DNA from: a virus
Lineage: Duplodnaviria; Caudoviricetes
Length of the DNA: 64,000 nt
Virus record (IMG/VR): IMGVR_UViG_3300033481_000147
Span: 3,523-67,522 of that record
Reading direction: 5' to 3' (one strand)
The position numbers and the translations under genes were made by a program. Shown here piece after piece: positions 9,930-19,251 of this stretch (its first letter is position 1; each line of letters starts with the position of its first letter). Below the pieces are notes generated by a model, which was not told the origin of the DNA, made no database searches, and worked only from the letters and a program-made list of their open reading frames with translations.

Positions 9930-12878
9930 TTGGATTTACTTACGTTCCTCACGGAAGTTTATAAATATAGTGAAAACAACATATATCTTTGGACAATGCC
10001 AGACAAACGAACATATACATTTGCGGTTGATCAGCTTGCGCAAATGGCTGAACAGGCAAAAAAATTAAGCGAACAACGTAAAAATGTCTATTTTGGTGTA
10101 TGCCCAACAGGTAAAAACCTTGGTGAGTATGAGCGTCCTAAAATAAATGAGATTTCCGGTGTCAGCGTGTTTTGGGCTGATATCGATATCGCTGATAATG
10201 CTCATGCCGCCAATAATCTACCACCAGACGTACAATCTGCCATAATGCTTATACCAAGTGATCTACCGCCAAGTTACATTGTACATAGCGGTCATGGACT
10301 ACATGCATATTGGTTACTTCGTGAGGAATGGTTACTTGAAAATGATGATGAACGGCAACAAGCTACTGACATAATTCGTAAGCTTCAAGGTACTATTAGA
10401 CAAGCTGCATCGGCAAGAGGCTGGCATGTAGATTCTGTATCTGATTTAACTCGTGTTCTTCGAGCGCCGAATACCTGGAATCTTAAAATACCCAATGCCC
10501 CGTCATTATGCCAGGTTATCGAACATTCAGATTTACGATATAACGTTAGTGATTTTGATATATTGCCGGAGGTTGTGGAGACGACGTCCAGCAACAATGC
10601 ATCACGTGAAGGTGGCTTTGATCGTCGTGACACCGATGGACCTGCCGATTATATGATGCAGAACTGTAAGTTTTTACAACACTGGCAACTGAATTATAAA
10701 ACATTGCCAGAGCCGGTATGGATGGCTGCAGGAACAAATATCATTCGTGGTGTCGATGGTGAAAAATTCGTTATTGAAGCGGTGAAATCATGGCTTGGCG
10801 ATAAATACAACGAAAAAGAAACATTCAAAAAAATGCAGCATTGGGTTACGAATTGTCATCCAACTACTTGTGATTTTATTCAGAATGAACTGCAGTTTAA
10901 AGGTTGTAATCAATGTGGTGTTACATCACCATGTGCCTGGTCATTAGGAAAAAATCCACAGGCACTAGCCAAAATAAAAACGATTACTATGCCGTCAACT
11001 GATAACGTATTTACTTCTGAAATATTAGGAGCTTTAGCCATATTAGAAAAGAACAATCCTATTGAGTATGCAAAGTTCAAAGATAAATGTCGTGGGCGGG
11101 TAAATCTTAACGATTTAAGTAAAACACTAAAGGAATATCGTAAACAAAATTCTGGTTTTGAAATTATCGAAGGTGGACAATCAGGCGCATTACAGGAAGG
11201 GCAAAAGGTTGGCGATGTTACAACCTGCCAGTATGTTCCTGATACACCATTAAATTTAGCAATTCCGGCAGGCTTTATTTACGGTACTGATGGTGTGACT
11301 GAATTTAAAAAATCTGGTGATAGCAATGTTTACTATAATGCAGCTGGGGCACCCGTAATTATTTCAGAACGTATTTTTAATATGGATACGAAAACCGAAA
11401 AAGTACAGCTTACATTTAAATATTTCAATCAATGGGCGAACGTTATTCGTAAACGTTCTGAAGTGTTTTCAGCACGAAACATTATTAATCTTACTGATTA
11501 TGGTTTGAATACATCCTCAGAATCTGCAAAATATCTTGTTAAATATCTTCAGGCATTAGAGGCAGCTAACCCCATGACGATACCGCTAAAATATGCAGTA
11601 TCTAAAATTGGCTGGAGAGAGCATTCCCTGACCGATTTTATTATTCCAAATACAAGCGATTACAGAATTGATTTAGAAGATGAAGGCGAAGTTACAGAAG
11701 CGTTTAGCATAAACGGTAATTTCGATGACTGGAAGAAAACAGCGATTGAAATTCGTAAACAACCGTATGCAAGGTTTATTCTAGCCGCATCGTTCGCAGC
11801 ACCACTTCTCAAAATATTTATAAATCGTAATTTTATGATCTATTTTTGGGGTACCTCCGGTGGCGGTAAAACAGCAAGCATGGTATTTGCTTTATCAGTT
11901 TGGGGATCGCCAAACAAACTTATGAAATCCTTTTACGGTACCCAAAACGGCATAGAAAAAGCCCTTGCATTCAGCAACGATTTTCCAATGGTTATCAATG
12001 AAAAACAGGTTATGAACGGCAAGGACAAGCAGGATCTATTCGAACAAATTGTTTATATGCTTGAAGGTGGGCGGGGTAAGCTCAGAGCAAGTAAAAACGG
12101 ACTGCAAAAAACTTCAACCTGGCGCAGTATTGGCATGGCCAGCGGTGAGGAACCATTGAGTAAGGAAAATTCTATCCAAGGTGTAAAAACTCGTTTACTC
12201 GAGTTAAATGTTTATCCAGTTGTTAATGATGATAATTTTGCAAAATCTTTATATGGACTATCTTCAGATCATCATGGTCATGCTGGTCCGATGTTTATTG
12301 AACGGTTACTTAAGGAAAATGAAAATGATTACTCAGAAATAAATAACGCCAGAGTTGCTTTGGTGGAAATTATGAAAGCGCAATTTCCTGAACATTTCAG
12401 TGTACATATTGATAATGTTGCCTTAGTTGCTATAGCAGATTATTTATCAAGCATGTGGATTTTCGGAGTTGATAAAAAACAGGCAGAACAGGAATCATTC
12501 CAGCTGGCTTGTACGATAATGCAAGAACTACCAACTGAACGGCAGATATCCGACATAGAGCGTGGTTGGGATTTTGTACAGAACTGGCTGGCGGCGAACA
12601 GTGGGAGATTTGAAAAATCTTATGGTGATATTAAAATTACGCCATGTTATGGATTTAAAAAGGATGATTACACCTGTATTTATCCTGAATACATTACAAA
12701 AGCGTTGCAAGATGCAGGTTTTAGTCCAGATAAGCTGCTACGTGAATTTGCTAATAAGGGCAGGATTGCTACAGAATCAGACGGAGAGAAGCGCAGATTT
12801 AAAGTTTTGATTCGTTATAACGGACGAAGAACCAGAGTTATAAAAATATATGATAATCCACAAGAAAATTTGATTTAG
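9930..12878 (+). CDS. Primase-helicase fusion (AEP-like N-terminus, Cys cluster, DUF927 and SF3-like ATPase)
   Basis: WADID, SGHGLHAYW, RVLRAPNTWN; Walker A GTSGGGKT. Confidence 0.85.
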   Translation: MDLLTFLTEVYKYSENNIYLWTMPDKRTYTFAVDQLAQMAEQAKKLSEQRKNVYFGVCPTGKNLGEYERPKINEISGVSVFWADIDIADNAHAANNLPPDVQSAIMLIPSDLPPSYIVHSGHGLHAYWLLREEWLLENDDERQQATDIIRKLQGTIRQAASARGWHVDSVSDLTRVLRAPNTWNLKIPNAPSLCQVIEHSDLRYNVSDFDILPEVVETTSSNNASREGGFDRRDTDGPADYMMQNCKFLQHWQLNYKTLPEPVWMAAGTNIIRGVDGEKFVIEAVKSWLGDKYNEKETFKKMQHWVTNCHPTTCDFIQNELQFKGCNQCGVTSPCAWSLGKNPQALAKIKTITMPSTDNVFTSEILGALAILEKNNPIEYAKFKDKCRGRVNLNDLSKTLKEYRKQNSGFEIIEGGQSGALQEGQKVGDVTTCQYVPDTPLNLAIPAGFIYGTDGVTEFKKSGDSNVYYNAAGAPVIISERIFNMDTKTEKVQLTFKYFNQWANVIRKRSEVFSARNIINLTDYGLNTSSESAKYLVKYLQALEAANPMTIPLKYAVSKIGWREHSLTDFIIPNTSDYRIDLEDEGEVTEAFSINGNFDDWKKTAIEIRKQPYARFILAASFAAPLLKIFINRNFMIYFWGTSGGGKTASMVFALSVWGSPNKLMKSFYGTQNGIEKALAFSNDFPMVINEKQVMNGKDKQDLFEQIVYMLEGGRGKLRASKNGLQKTSTWRSIGMASGEEPLSKENSIQGVKTRLLELNVYPVVNDDNFAKSLYGLSSDHHGHAGPMFIERLLKENENDYSEINNARVALVEIMKAQFPEHFSVHIDNVALVAIADYLSSMWIFGVDKKQAEQESFQLACTIMQELPTERQISDIERGWDFVQNWLAANSGRFEKSYGDIKITPCYGFKKDDYTCIYPEYITKALQDAGFSPDKLLREFANKGRIATESDGEKRRFKVLIRYNGRRTRVIKIYDNPQENLI

Positions 12879-13208
12879 TGGTGACGTGGTGACGGTAGTG
12901 GTGACAGTAGTGGTGACAGGCATAAAGCTATATATAATAAAGGTTTATAAGGTATTTATATATAATGTCACCACTGTCACCACCAATAAATAATCATATA
13001 TATAAAATATACCTATACCCTTAGATTATGTTAACTAATACTACTTTACAATAAATAGGTTTAATTAACATAAAATCAAAGGTATAAGGTGGTATTCAAA
13101 AAAGTATGATACCCTTTTCAATTTAGTGGTGACAGTGGTGACATGTTGCTAAAGCCTTTAAAATCAGGGGTTTGTAAATAGTAAAACGTCACCACTGGGA
13201 GTGGTGAC
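12878..13208. repeat. Putative replication origin: 10 GTGGTGAC iterons flanking AT-rich DNA
   Basis: Forward at 12878, 12886, 12898, 12910, 13126, 13135, 13201; inverted at 12967, 12976, 13188. Confidence 0.75.
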
Positions 13209-13229
13209 ACTTAAACAAGGAGGAAAAAC

Positions 13230-13685
13230 ATGGGATATTTTGAGAATGTTACTCCACCAAATAACACTCAACAATTATTACAATCGATTGATAAATTCGA
13301 ACAGATAAAACAAATTCTTAATCGCTTGGAAAAACGAGCGTTAGAAGTTATTGAAGAACGATATCCCTATATGCATGGTCTTACACAGACGGTCATTATT
13401 GATCCGTATATCAAATATTCGCCAGACGATCACAAACAGTGGATTGCTGTATTGTGTAAAGCAGAATCAAACAACAGAGAATTATATTCAAGGTTGTTTT
13501 ATCTTCGTGGAACTGGTACAAAGTTAATTCGTAATAAGAAATGGGGATTTATATTTGAGCCTGTTATTGGTCAGAATGGCTGGGATAGTATTGATTTGTA
13601 TAAACAAGAGATAGCGTGTTTAAATGCTTATTCGAATGAGCTGATTGATTTACTGCAAGAAGTAAGTAGAGATAGAACGATTTAA
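13230..13685 (+). CDS. Hypothetical protein after origin
   Basis: AGGAGG SD, 151 aa. Confidence 0.75.
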   Translation: MGYFENVTPPNNTQQLLQSIDKFEQIKQILNRLEKRALEVIEERYPYMHGLTQTVIIDPYIKYSPDDHKQWIAVLCKAESNNRELYSRLFYLRGTGTKLIRNKKWGFIFEPVIGQNGWDSIDLYKQEIACLNAYSNELIDLLQEVSRDRTI

Positions 13686-13710
13686 GATTGGAGATTATGA
13701 TTTTTAGGCA

Positions 13711-13747
13711 AAAAAATAACAAGACCAGCAACAGTTGGTCTTGTTAT
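13711..13747 (-). terminator. Minus-strand terminator-like hairpin
   Basis: 12-bp perfect stem ATAACAAGACCA/TGGTCTTGTTAT preceded by A-run. Confidence 0.55.
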
Positions 13748-13835
13748 GTAAGTAAATGGGAGGAATTGCAAATCATAATCAGGTGAGTAGTTAACTATGA
13801 CAATATCAGTATATGCAGTGAGTTTTGATTTATGT

Positions 13836-13868
13836 AAAAAAATAAGACCGCTATCAACTGCGGTCTTA
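13836..13868 (-). terminator. Minus-strand terminator-like hairpin
   Basis: TAAGACCGC/GCGGTCTTA stem preceded by A-run. Confidence 0.55.
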
Positions 13869-13978
13869 ATAAGAAGAGGAATAAAATCATGAAATTATAT
13901 TGTGCTTAGACATTAATAGTATTGACAGTTATTGTTAATTTTATACAAAACAACTCAAACAATCGGGGAGGAAAAATT

Positions 13979-14248
13979 ATGAAAACATTTGGTGAAGTAA
14001 TAAAAGAAATGGTAGATCATGAAAGAGTGCATCTGGTATGCGTTAATGACGCAATTACTAGGGTAGTACGTGGAAATGGCAAGAAAAAACCATCAACAAT
14101 AACATTAACAATAGCTGTACCAGACGAAACGATTGATGATTTTTTTAGATGCAATAATCCGTATTGTAAGCCAGGAGAGCAAGCAACCGCCTATATGGTT
14201 TGGTTAGATCGTGAAACAGTAAATAAGATCGCGAGGAATGAATTATGA
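13979..14248 (+). CDS. Hypothetical phage protein
   Basis: ATG 13979 after GGGGAGG. Confidence 0.65.
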   Translation: MKTFGEVIKEMVDHERVHLVCVNDAITRVVRGNGKKKPSTITLTIAVPDETIDDFFRCNNPYCKPGEQATAYMVWLDRETVNKIARNEL

Positions 14249-14466
14249 TCACAAACGAACGTCTTAACGAAATGATAAAAACAGCAGAACTGTTTGCCGC
14301 TGTGCCATGTGGCTTGGAGCTCAATGAAATAAACGCCAAAGATATTTATGCAGCATTCGTAGAGCTTAAGAAGTTGCGGGAAGAAAATAAAAAATTAAAG
14401 ACAGGGTATTTAGAGCTTTGCTATGATTACGAGCAATTGCGAAAGGCTGTAGAAGGGAAGAAATAA
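14245..14466 (+). CDS. Hypothetical coiled-coil protein
   Basis: ATGA overlap with upstream gene. Confidence 0.6.
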   Translation: MITNERLNEMIKTAELFAAVPCGLELNEINAKDIYAAFVELKKLREENKKLKTGYLELCYDYEQLRKAVEGKK

Positions 14467-14470
14467 GTAA

Positions 14471-14650
14471 ATGGTAATGTCAATATTTGAAGTAGCAGGA
14501 GAAGTATACACCAGGTTTAGAGTGTCAATAAAACAATACCCAGCTTTTAAAAAACTTTTAGATAAATATGGAATAACTGAATGTATAAAGAAAAGTAGTC
14601 GGTTCATTTACTTTGAAGCGAAAGGCGATTATTTAAACGGGAGGAGTTAA
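14471..14650 (+). CDS. Hypothetical protein (59 aa)
   Basis: Read manually; fills operon gap. Confidence 0.5.
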   Translation: MVMSIFEVAGEVYTRFRVSIKQYPAFKKLLDKYGITECIKKSSRFIYFEAKGDYLNGRS

Positions 14651-14653
14651 ACA

Positions 14654-14830
14654 ATGTTATTATATACAGCGCAGGAAGCCTGTAAATTATTACGTGAGCA
14701 TGACACATTAATTACGAAAAAGCATACAGGCGATGTTTACCGTTCTTTATCGGAGCAGCAGGCAAAAAATATTGCAAGACTGATTGAACAAATGGATTTG
14801 CGACTACGGGCATTACAGGGGGAGGATTAG
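14654..14830 (+). CDS. Hypothetical protein (58 aa)
   Basis: Read manually; GGAGGAG SD. Confidence 0.55.
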   Translation: MLLYTAQEACKLLREHDTLITKKHTGDVYRSLSEQQAKNIARLIEQMDLRLRALQGED

Positions 14831-15157
14831 ATGGCTAAACCAACAACTTGCCCTGAGTGTATGAAACAGGGAAAAGTTAACTTTATGCTTTATAGTCGCA
14901 AAAGTAAGCATTACATATGTCCAGAATGTACAGGTGTTTTTACACCAATGCCAAAAGATGATGATTATGCCGCTAGTACTATAAGAGATGAAATTACACA
15001 ATTGATGCAGGAAATGTATAAGGCGAATCTCCCGCCCAAGGATCCAATCCCTGCCGGTGAAGCTGCAAAAGGTGGCGGCGGTAGTAAATCCAAGGGACAA
15101 AGTAAAAAGGGGCTTATGAAAAAGAAATCGTTAAGTCAACTTTATAAAGAATTATAA
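14831..15157 (+). CDS. Zn-ribbon protein with basic tail
   Basis: CPEC...CPEC; GGAGG SD. Confidence 0.7.
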   Translation: MAKPTTCPECMKQGKVNFMLYSRKSKHYICPECTGVFTPMPKDDDYAASTIRDEITQLMQEMYKANLPPKDPIPAGEAAKGGGGSKSKGQSKKGLMKKKSLSQLYKEL

Positions 15158-15183
15158 AAATATTTTAATTAAAGTTAAAAAAA

Positions 15184-15214
15184 ATATCACACATTGAAAA
15201 AGTTGTGATATAAT
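15184..15214 (+). promoter_or_regulatory. Extended -10 promoter overlapped by inverted repeat
   Basis: ATATCACA-N12-TGTGATAT; TGaTATAAT. Confidence 0.5.
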
Positions 15215-15257
15215 GAGAATTGTAGGTGTACCTACACGAGAATTACATAAAACATTT

Positions 15258-15289
15258 AAGCCGTTCATTAAGTTGGGCGGCTTTTATTT
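15258..15289 (+). terminator. Intrinsic terminator
   Basis: AAGCCGT...GGCGGCTT then TTTATTT. Confidence 0.7.
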
Positions 15290-15297
15290 ATGGAAAG

Positions 15298-15324
15298 GCA
15301 GGTATTTGTTTCCTTTTATCGAAG
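15298..15324 (+). promoter_or_regulatory. sigmaH-like promoter
   Basis: gcAGGT-N17-GAAG directly after terminator. Confidence 0.5.
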
Positions 15325-15348
15325 TATGTATTAATTTGGTAAGAGGAG

Positions 15349-15717
15349 ATGGATAAAATGGGTTTAGATAAATTATCGAACTTTGAAGTACTAGTATTAG
15401 CAAAGCCAAAGGCTTATACTAGTCGTCCAGTGGATTACGAAGAAGGTTTGGAAAATATAATTAAAGAAATTCAAACTCGAATTAGTAAGGTATATCATTT
15501 CACTCCTGCTGTTTCTAAAATTAATACTAATACATTCCCTGAATGTATAAAAACCAGTAAAGGGTCTTATGACTACATGGCAGTTTCTATTTTGCTATCA
15601 AGTGATGAAAAACAAGATGTGCCGTGGCTAAATAACATTTTAGGTGAAAGTGATTTGTATAGTGTTGTTGTAGTAAAAGAGATCCAAACGTTATATTATA
15701 CTCAACAAAATAGTTGA
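15349..15717 (+). CDS. Moron, hypothetical protein
   Basis: Own promoter, SD and terminator. Confidence 0.75.
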   Translation: MDKMGLDKLSNFEVLVLAKPKAYTSRPVDYEEGLENIIKEIQTRISKVYHFTPAVSKINTNTFPECIKTSKGSYDYMAVSILLSSDEKQDVPWLNNILGESDLYSVVVVKEIQTLYYTQQNS

Positions 15718-15735
15718 TATTAAGAATATATATTT

Positions 15736-15763
15736 AAGCCGTCTATGTGGGCGGCTTTTTCTT
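15736..15763 (+). terminator. Intrinsic terminator
   Basis: AAGCCGTC-tatgt-GGGCGGCTT-TTT, similar to 15258. Confidence 0.75.
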
Positions 15764-15774
15764 GTAGGACAAAA

Positions 15775-15801
15775 GTAGGGAATTGTAAACTTTTGTAGAA
15801 T
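15775..15801 (+). promoter_or_regulatory. sigmaH-like promoter
   Basis: gtAGGG-N17-GAAT. Confidence 0.55.
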
Positions 15802-15837
15802 ATTATACCAAATAATTATTTATTTGGGGGTATTTGT

Positions 15838-16710
15838 GTGGCTAATATGTTTTTTGCTAAGGTTAATGTTAATTCTAATGTTTATGAAATTTGTGATAAA
15901 CCGGAAAAATTACAAGAAATAATAGACAACATCATTGTAAAGGTTAATCAAGATAAAACTGTTGTACTAGGTAAAGATTACAAAAAAGACGCTGGTATGG
16001 TGATTAAATTTATTGAACTACAAAAGGATGTGTCTAAACAATATATAAGTGGACAACTTATTAAGATATACAGAGAAGAAATTTTGCAATACAATGAGAA
16101 TGAGGATAAAATCACCAAATTACCCCCTATTCCATTGGCTCGAACGGCAACTTTTTTCTTTGATGCAAGAACAGAAAGAGTTGGATTTACCTTGGGACAA
16201 TATTTTGGTAAAGACAAGTTTTGTGAGTACTTTAGAAAAATGTTAGAAGCATTTTCAGAAGTAGAATTAAATGTTGGATTAATTCTGGATGAGGCGACAT
16301 TATTGGAAAAAATGAAAAGATTTAAGCGTATAGATTCTATTGCTGTTGATATGGTTCTGCCTAATCCACCAGCAAGGGAGGAACTAAATAAATTATTTGC
16401 TGGCAACGCAGAAAATTTGGAAGAAATGAACGCACACTCATATAAGCAAGTATTTTTATCACAAAAGAAAGGGAAAGGATTGAATATTGATACCAAATTA
16501 GTGTGCACCTTAACAGAAGGGGTGTCAAATGGGTATGGGAAAATGCAAATAACCGGGACAGCTGATTCGACAGAAAATATGGTTGTCAATAGTAGTAAAG
16601 ACTGTCCTTACAAACAGCCAATTCGAAGTAATGAAAAAAATAGTGTTCCTGTTGTTATGGAATTAGGGAAAAAATATATCGGGTGGTTAATGTCTAAAAT
16701 AAAAAGGTGA
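15838..16710 (+). CDS. DUF4747-like soluble protein, candidate defence component
   Basis: FFAKVNVN start, FFFDARTERVGF and VLPNPP motifs recalled from this family. Confidence 0.55.
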   Translation: MANMFFAKVNVNSNVYEICDKPEKLQEIIDNIIVKVNQDKTVVLGKDYKKDAGMVIKFIELQKDVSKQYISGQLIKIYREEILQYNENEDKITKLPPIPLARTATFFFDARTERVGFTLGQYFGKDKFCEYFRKMLEAFSEVELNVGLILDEATLLEKMKRFKRIDSIAVDMVLPNPPAREELNKLFAGNAENLEEMNAHSYKQVFLSQKKGKGLNIDTKLVCTLTEGVSNGYGKMQITGTADSTENMVVNSSKDCPYKQPIRSNEKNSVPVVMELGKKYIGWLMSKIKR

Positions 16711-16715
16711 GATAG

Positions 16716-17261
16716 ATGTCAAAATTTCAGGATTATAATTCGAGCATATCATATTTTTCTATGCTGAGAGAACGGAAGAAATATAATGAATTGTGTTGTG
16801 GGCATGTTGCGTATATTTCTATGTTTATTACAGGTCTGATTATTTTAATAATTTCTTTTTGGGATTTACAATTCGTTGATAGGTTTGAAGGACTGTTGAC
16901 TGCAATTATAGGGGGGTTATTAGGATTATTAGGATTTCTGATAACAGGGCTTTCTATTTTGGCATCAATAATTACAACAAAAGCAACAATAGAGATTGAT
17001 AAACGTAATAGTGCGCAAGAACTGATAGGTCTGTTATTTTCATTCTATTTTTCGGGGAGTCTTACCGCAATAGGGGTTTTTCTGGCTGTTATAGACTATC
17101 TGATAATTAAAATAGATATGCCGTTTTCATGGTGGTTATTTATCCCTCTTGAAATATCAACTGCTTATTTAGTTATTTTTTCTATTTTGTATGCTGTTGG
17201 CTTATTAGGGACATGTATTAACGTCTTTTTATTGAATGTTCAATGGAATCGTAAAGATTAA
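16716..17261 (+). CDS. Membrane protein with about 4 TM helices
   Basis: Four long hydrophobic segments; 5 nt after partner gene. Confidence 0.8.
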   Translation: MSKFQDYNSSISYFSMLRERKKYNELCCGHVAYISMFITGLIILIISFWDLQFVDRFEGLLTAIIGGLLGLLGFLITGLSILASIITTKATIEIDKRNSAQELIGLLFSFYFSGSLTAIGVFLAVIDYLIIKIDMPFSWWLFIPLEISTAYLVIFSILYAVGLLGTCINVFLLNVQWNRKD

Positions 17262-17296
17262 GATTTAATATAAAAGAAAAAATAGTAAACTATATT

Positions 17297-17322
17297 AGCG
17301 TCCTTTCGGGGGCGTTTTTCTT
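17297..17322 (+). terminator. Intrinsic terminator with UUCG loop
   Basis: AGCGTCCT-TTCG-GGGGCGTT-TTTC. Confidence 0.8.
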
Positions 17323-17344
17323 ATGCCCGAATGGAGGTGGCACA

Positions 17345-17557
17345 ATGCTACTACACTGTAATAACAACAACTGCAAATACAATTACAATCAAACATGTAC
17401 TGCTGATAAAGTATTTTACGTCGACAGGCTTTGTGTCACGTTCCGAAAGCGCCCACGTGCAGATAACTATCGTGAGTTAATGAAACCGTCTTTTAAGCCG
17501 AATTGTAGGCGAGATAGCGGTAAATATAAATCGAACAGCGGCACTGTTTTAAAGTGA
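17345..17557 (+). CDS. Cys-rich small protein (DUF1540-like)
   Basis: HCNNNNCKYN...CTA...C pattern; GGAGGTG SD. Confidence 0.55.
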   Translation: MLLHCNNNNCKYNYNQTCTADKVFYVDRLCVTFRKRPRADNYRELMKPSFKPNCRRDSGKYKSNSGTVLK

Positions 17558-17744
17558 TTAAATAAATATGCAAGTAAAATAATCTGTAAAATCTCGATGT
17601 TTTGATAGATTTATACATTGAATAGTGCATGAAACTATCAAAATACTTCTAAAAATCGTATAAAAATCAAAATAAGTTCCGGTAACGGTATATTATCGGA
17701 ACTTATTTGGGTAGTGCCTTTTCTTAGGCTTGAAAGGAGATAAA

Positions 17745-19109
17745 ATGAACGACATTAAAATTCATTGTGCATATACAGAATTAGTTGATACGATTACATT
17801 GATTCCCAATCCGCGAAATCCGAATCAACACCCGAAAAAACAAATTGAATTACTTGCTAAAATAATAAAAGACCAGGGCTGGAGAGCACCGATTACGGTG
17901 TCTAATCTCTCTGGCTTTGTTGTACGCGGGCATGGGCGCTTAATGGCTGCCAAGTTATTAGGAGTAGAAAAAGTTCCTATCGATAGGCAAGATTATGAAT
18001 CAGAAGCCGAAGAGTGGGCCGATCTTATTGCCGATAATCGTATTGCAGAACTAGCAGATATTGATAATAATCTGCTAGGTGAATTATTGGCCGAAATTTG
18101 TGCAAGTGATTTCGCTAGTGATTTAACCGGTTATAGCGATGATCAAATTAATAATCTGCTAGCTGATTTTAGCACTGCTGAGGTTCATGAAGATAACTTT
18201 GATATTGATTCTGCAGTCGAAGAGATCAAAGAGCCAATTACTAAGCAAGGTGATGTGTGGCAACTAGGAAATCACAGACTTATGTGTGGTGATTCAACTG
18301 TTTTATCTAATGTTCAAAAGCTCATGGATGGGAAACTTGCATCTATGGTATTTACTGACCCGCCCTACAACGTAGCGTATGAAGGTGGTACAGAAGATAA
18401 GCTGACGATTAAGAATGATAATATGCCGGCAGAACAATTCAATCAATTTCTAAAAGATGCCTTTACAAATATGTTTGCCGTTACTGAGGCGGGTGGTGCG
18501 ATCTATATATGTCATGCAGATTCCGAAGGAAGTAATTTTCGTGGTGCTATGCAATCGTCAGGTTGGTCACTTCGACAATGTTTAATTTGGATTAAGAATC
18601 AATTTGTTTTAGGGCGGCAAGATTATCAATGGCAACATGAGCCGATTCTTTATGGTTGGAAACCAGGTGCATCTCATAAGTGGTATGGAGGCAGAAAACA
18701 GAGTACTACTATTGATCAAGATATGCCTATTGTAGTACGGCATGAAGGTGATAGCTCAATAATATCAATCACTAGCGGTATTCAACAGCTCGTATTAAAA
18801 GTTCCATCTTTTGAGGTTATTAGTACAGGTGATGACTCTGCTACTTCAATATGGCGTTTTGATAAGCCTTTGCGTAATGGTGAACATCCAACAATGAAGC
18901 CGATCCCTCTTTGTGCTAGAGCTATTCAAAATAGCAGTAAGCCAAACGAAATTGCAATTGATTTTTTTAATGGTAGTGGAAGTACCTTGATGGCTGCCGA
19001 GCAAACAGGTCGTGTTTGTTATGCCATGGAATTCGATCCTATTTATGCTGACGTTACTGTCCGACGTTGGGAAGAATATACTGGCCAGAAAGCAATAAAA
19101 ATTTTATAA
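17745..19109 (+). CDS. ParB-N domain plus N6-A/N4-C DNA methyltransferase
   Basis: NPRNPNQHP, VRGHGRL; FTDPPY, HPTMKP, FNGSGST. Confidence 0.92.
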   Translation: MNDIKIHCAYTELVDTITLIPNPRNPNQHPKKQIELLAKIIKDQGWRAPITVSNLSGFVVRGHGRLMAAKLLGVEKVPIDRQDYESEAEEWADLIADNRIAELADIDNNLLGELLAEICASDFASDLTGYSDDQINNLLADFSTAEVHEDNFDIDSAVEEIKEPITKQGDVWQLGNHRLMCGDSTVLSNVQKLMDGKLASMVFTDPPYNVAYEGGTEDKLTIKNDNMPAEQFNQFLKDAFTNMFAVTEAGGAIYICHADSEGSNFRGAMQSSGWSLRQCLIWIKNQFVLGRQDYQWQHEPILYGWKPGASHKWYGGRKQSTTIDQDMPIVVRHEGDSSIISITSGIQQLVLKVPSFEVISTGDDSATSIWRFDKPLRNGEHPTMKPIPLCARAIQNSSKPNEIAIDFFNGSGSTLMAAEQTGRVCYAMEFDPIYADVTVRRWEEYTGQKAIKIL

Positions 19110-19251
19110 AATGATAAAAGGCAGGTGCGCAAACACCTGCCTTAAGTTATGAGTACTCCCCACTGAGAGATAGCAGCCAACACTGCGGCCGCAGATTACA
19201 AAAACCTGCTATCTCGTTACTATTATATAAGTAGTTGGGGGTATCACACAA

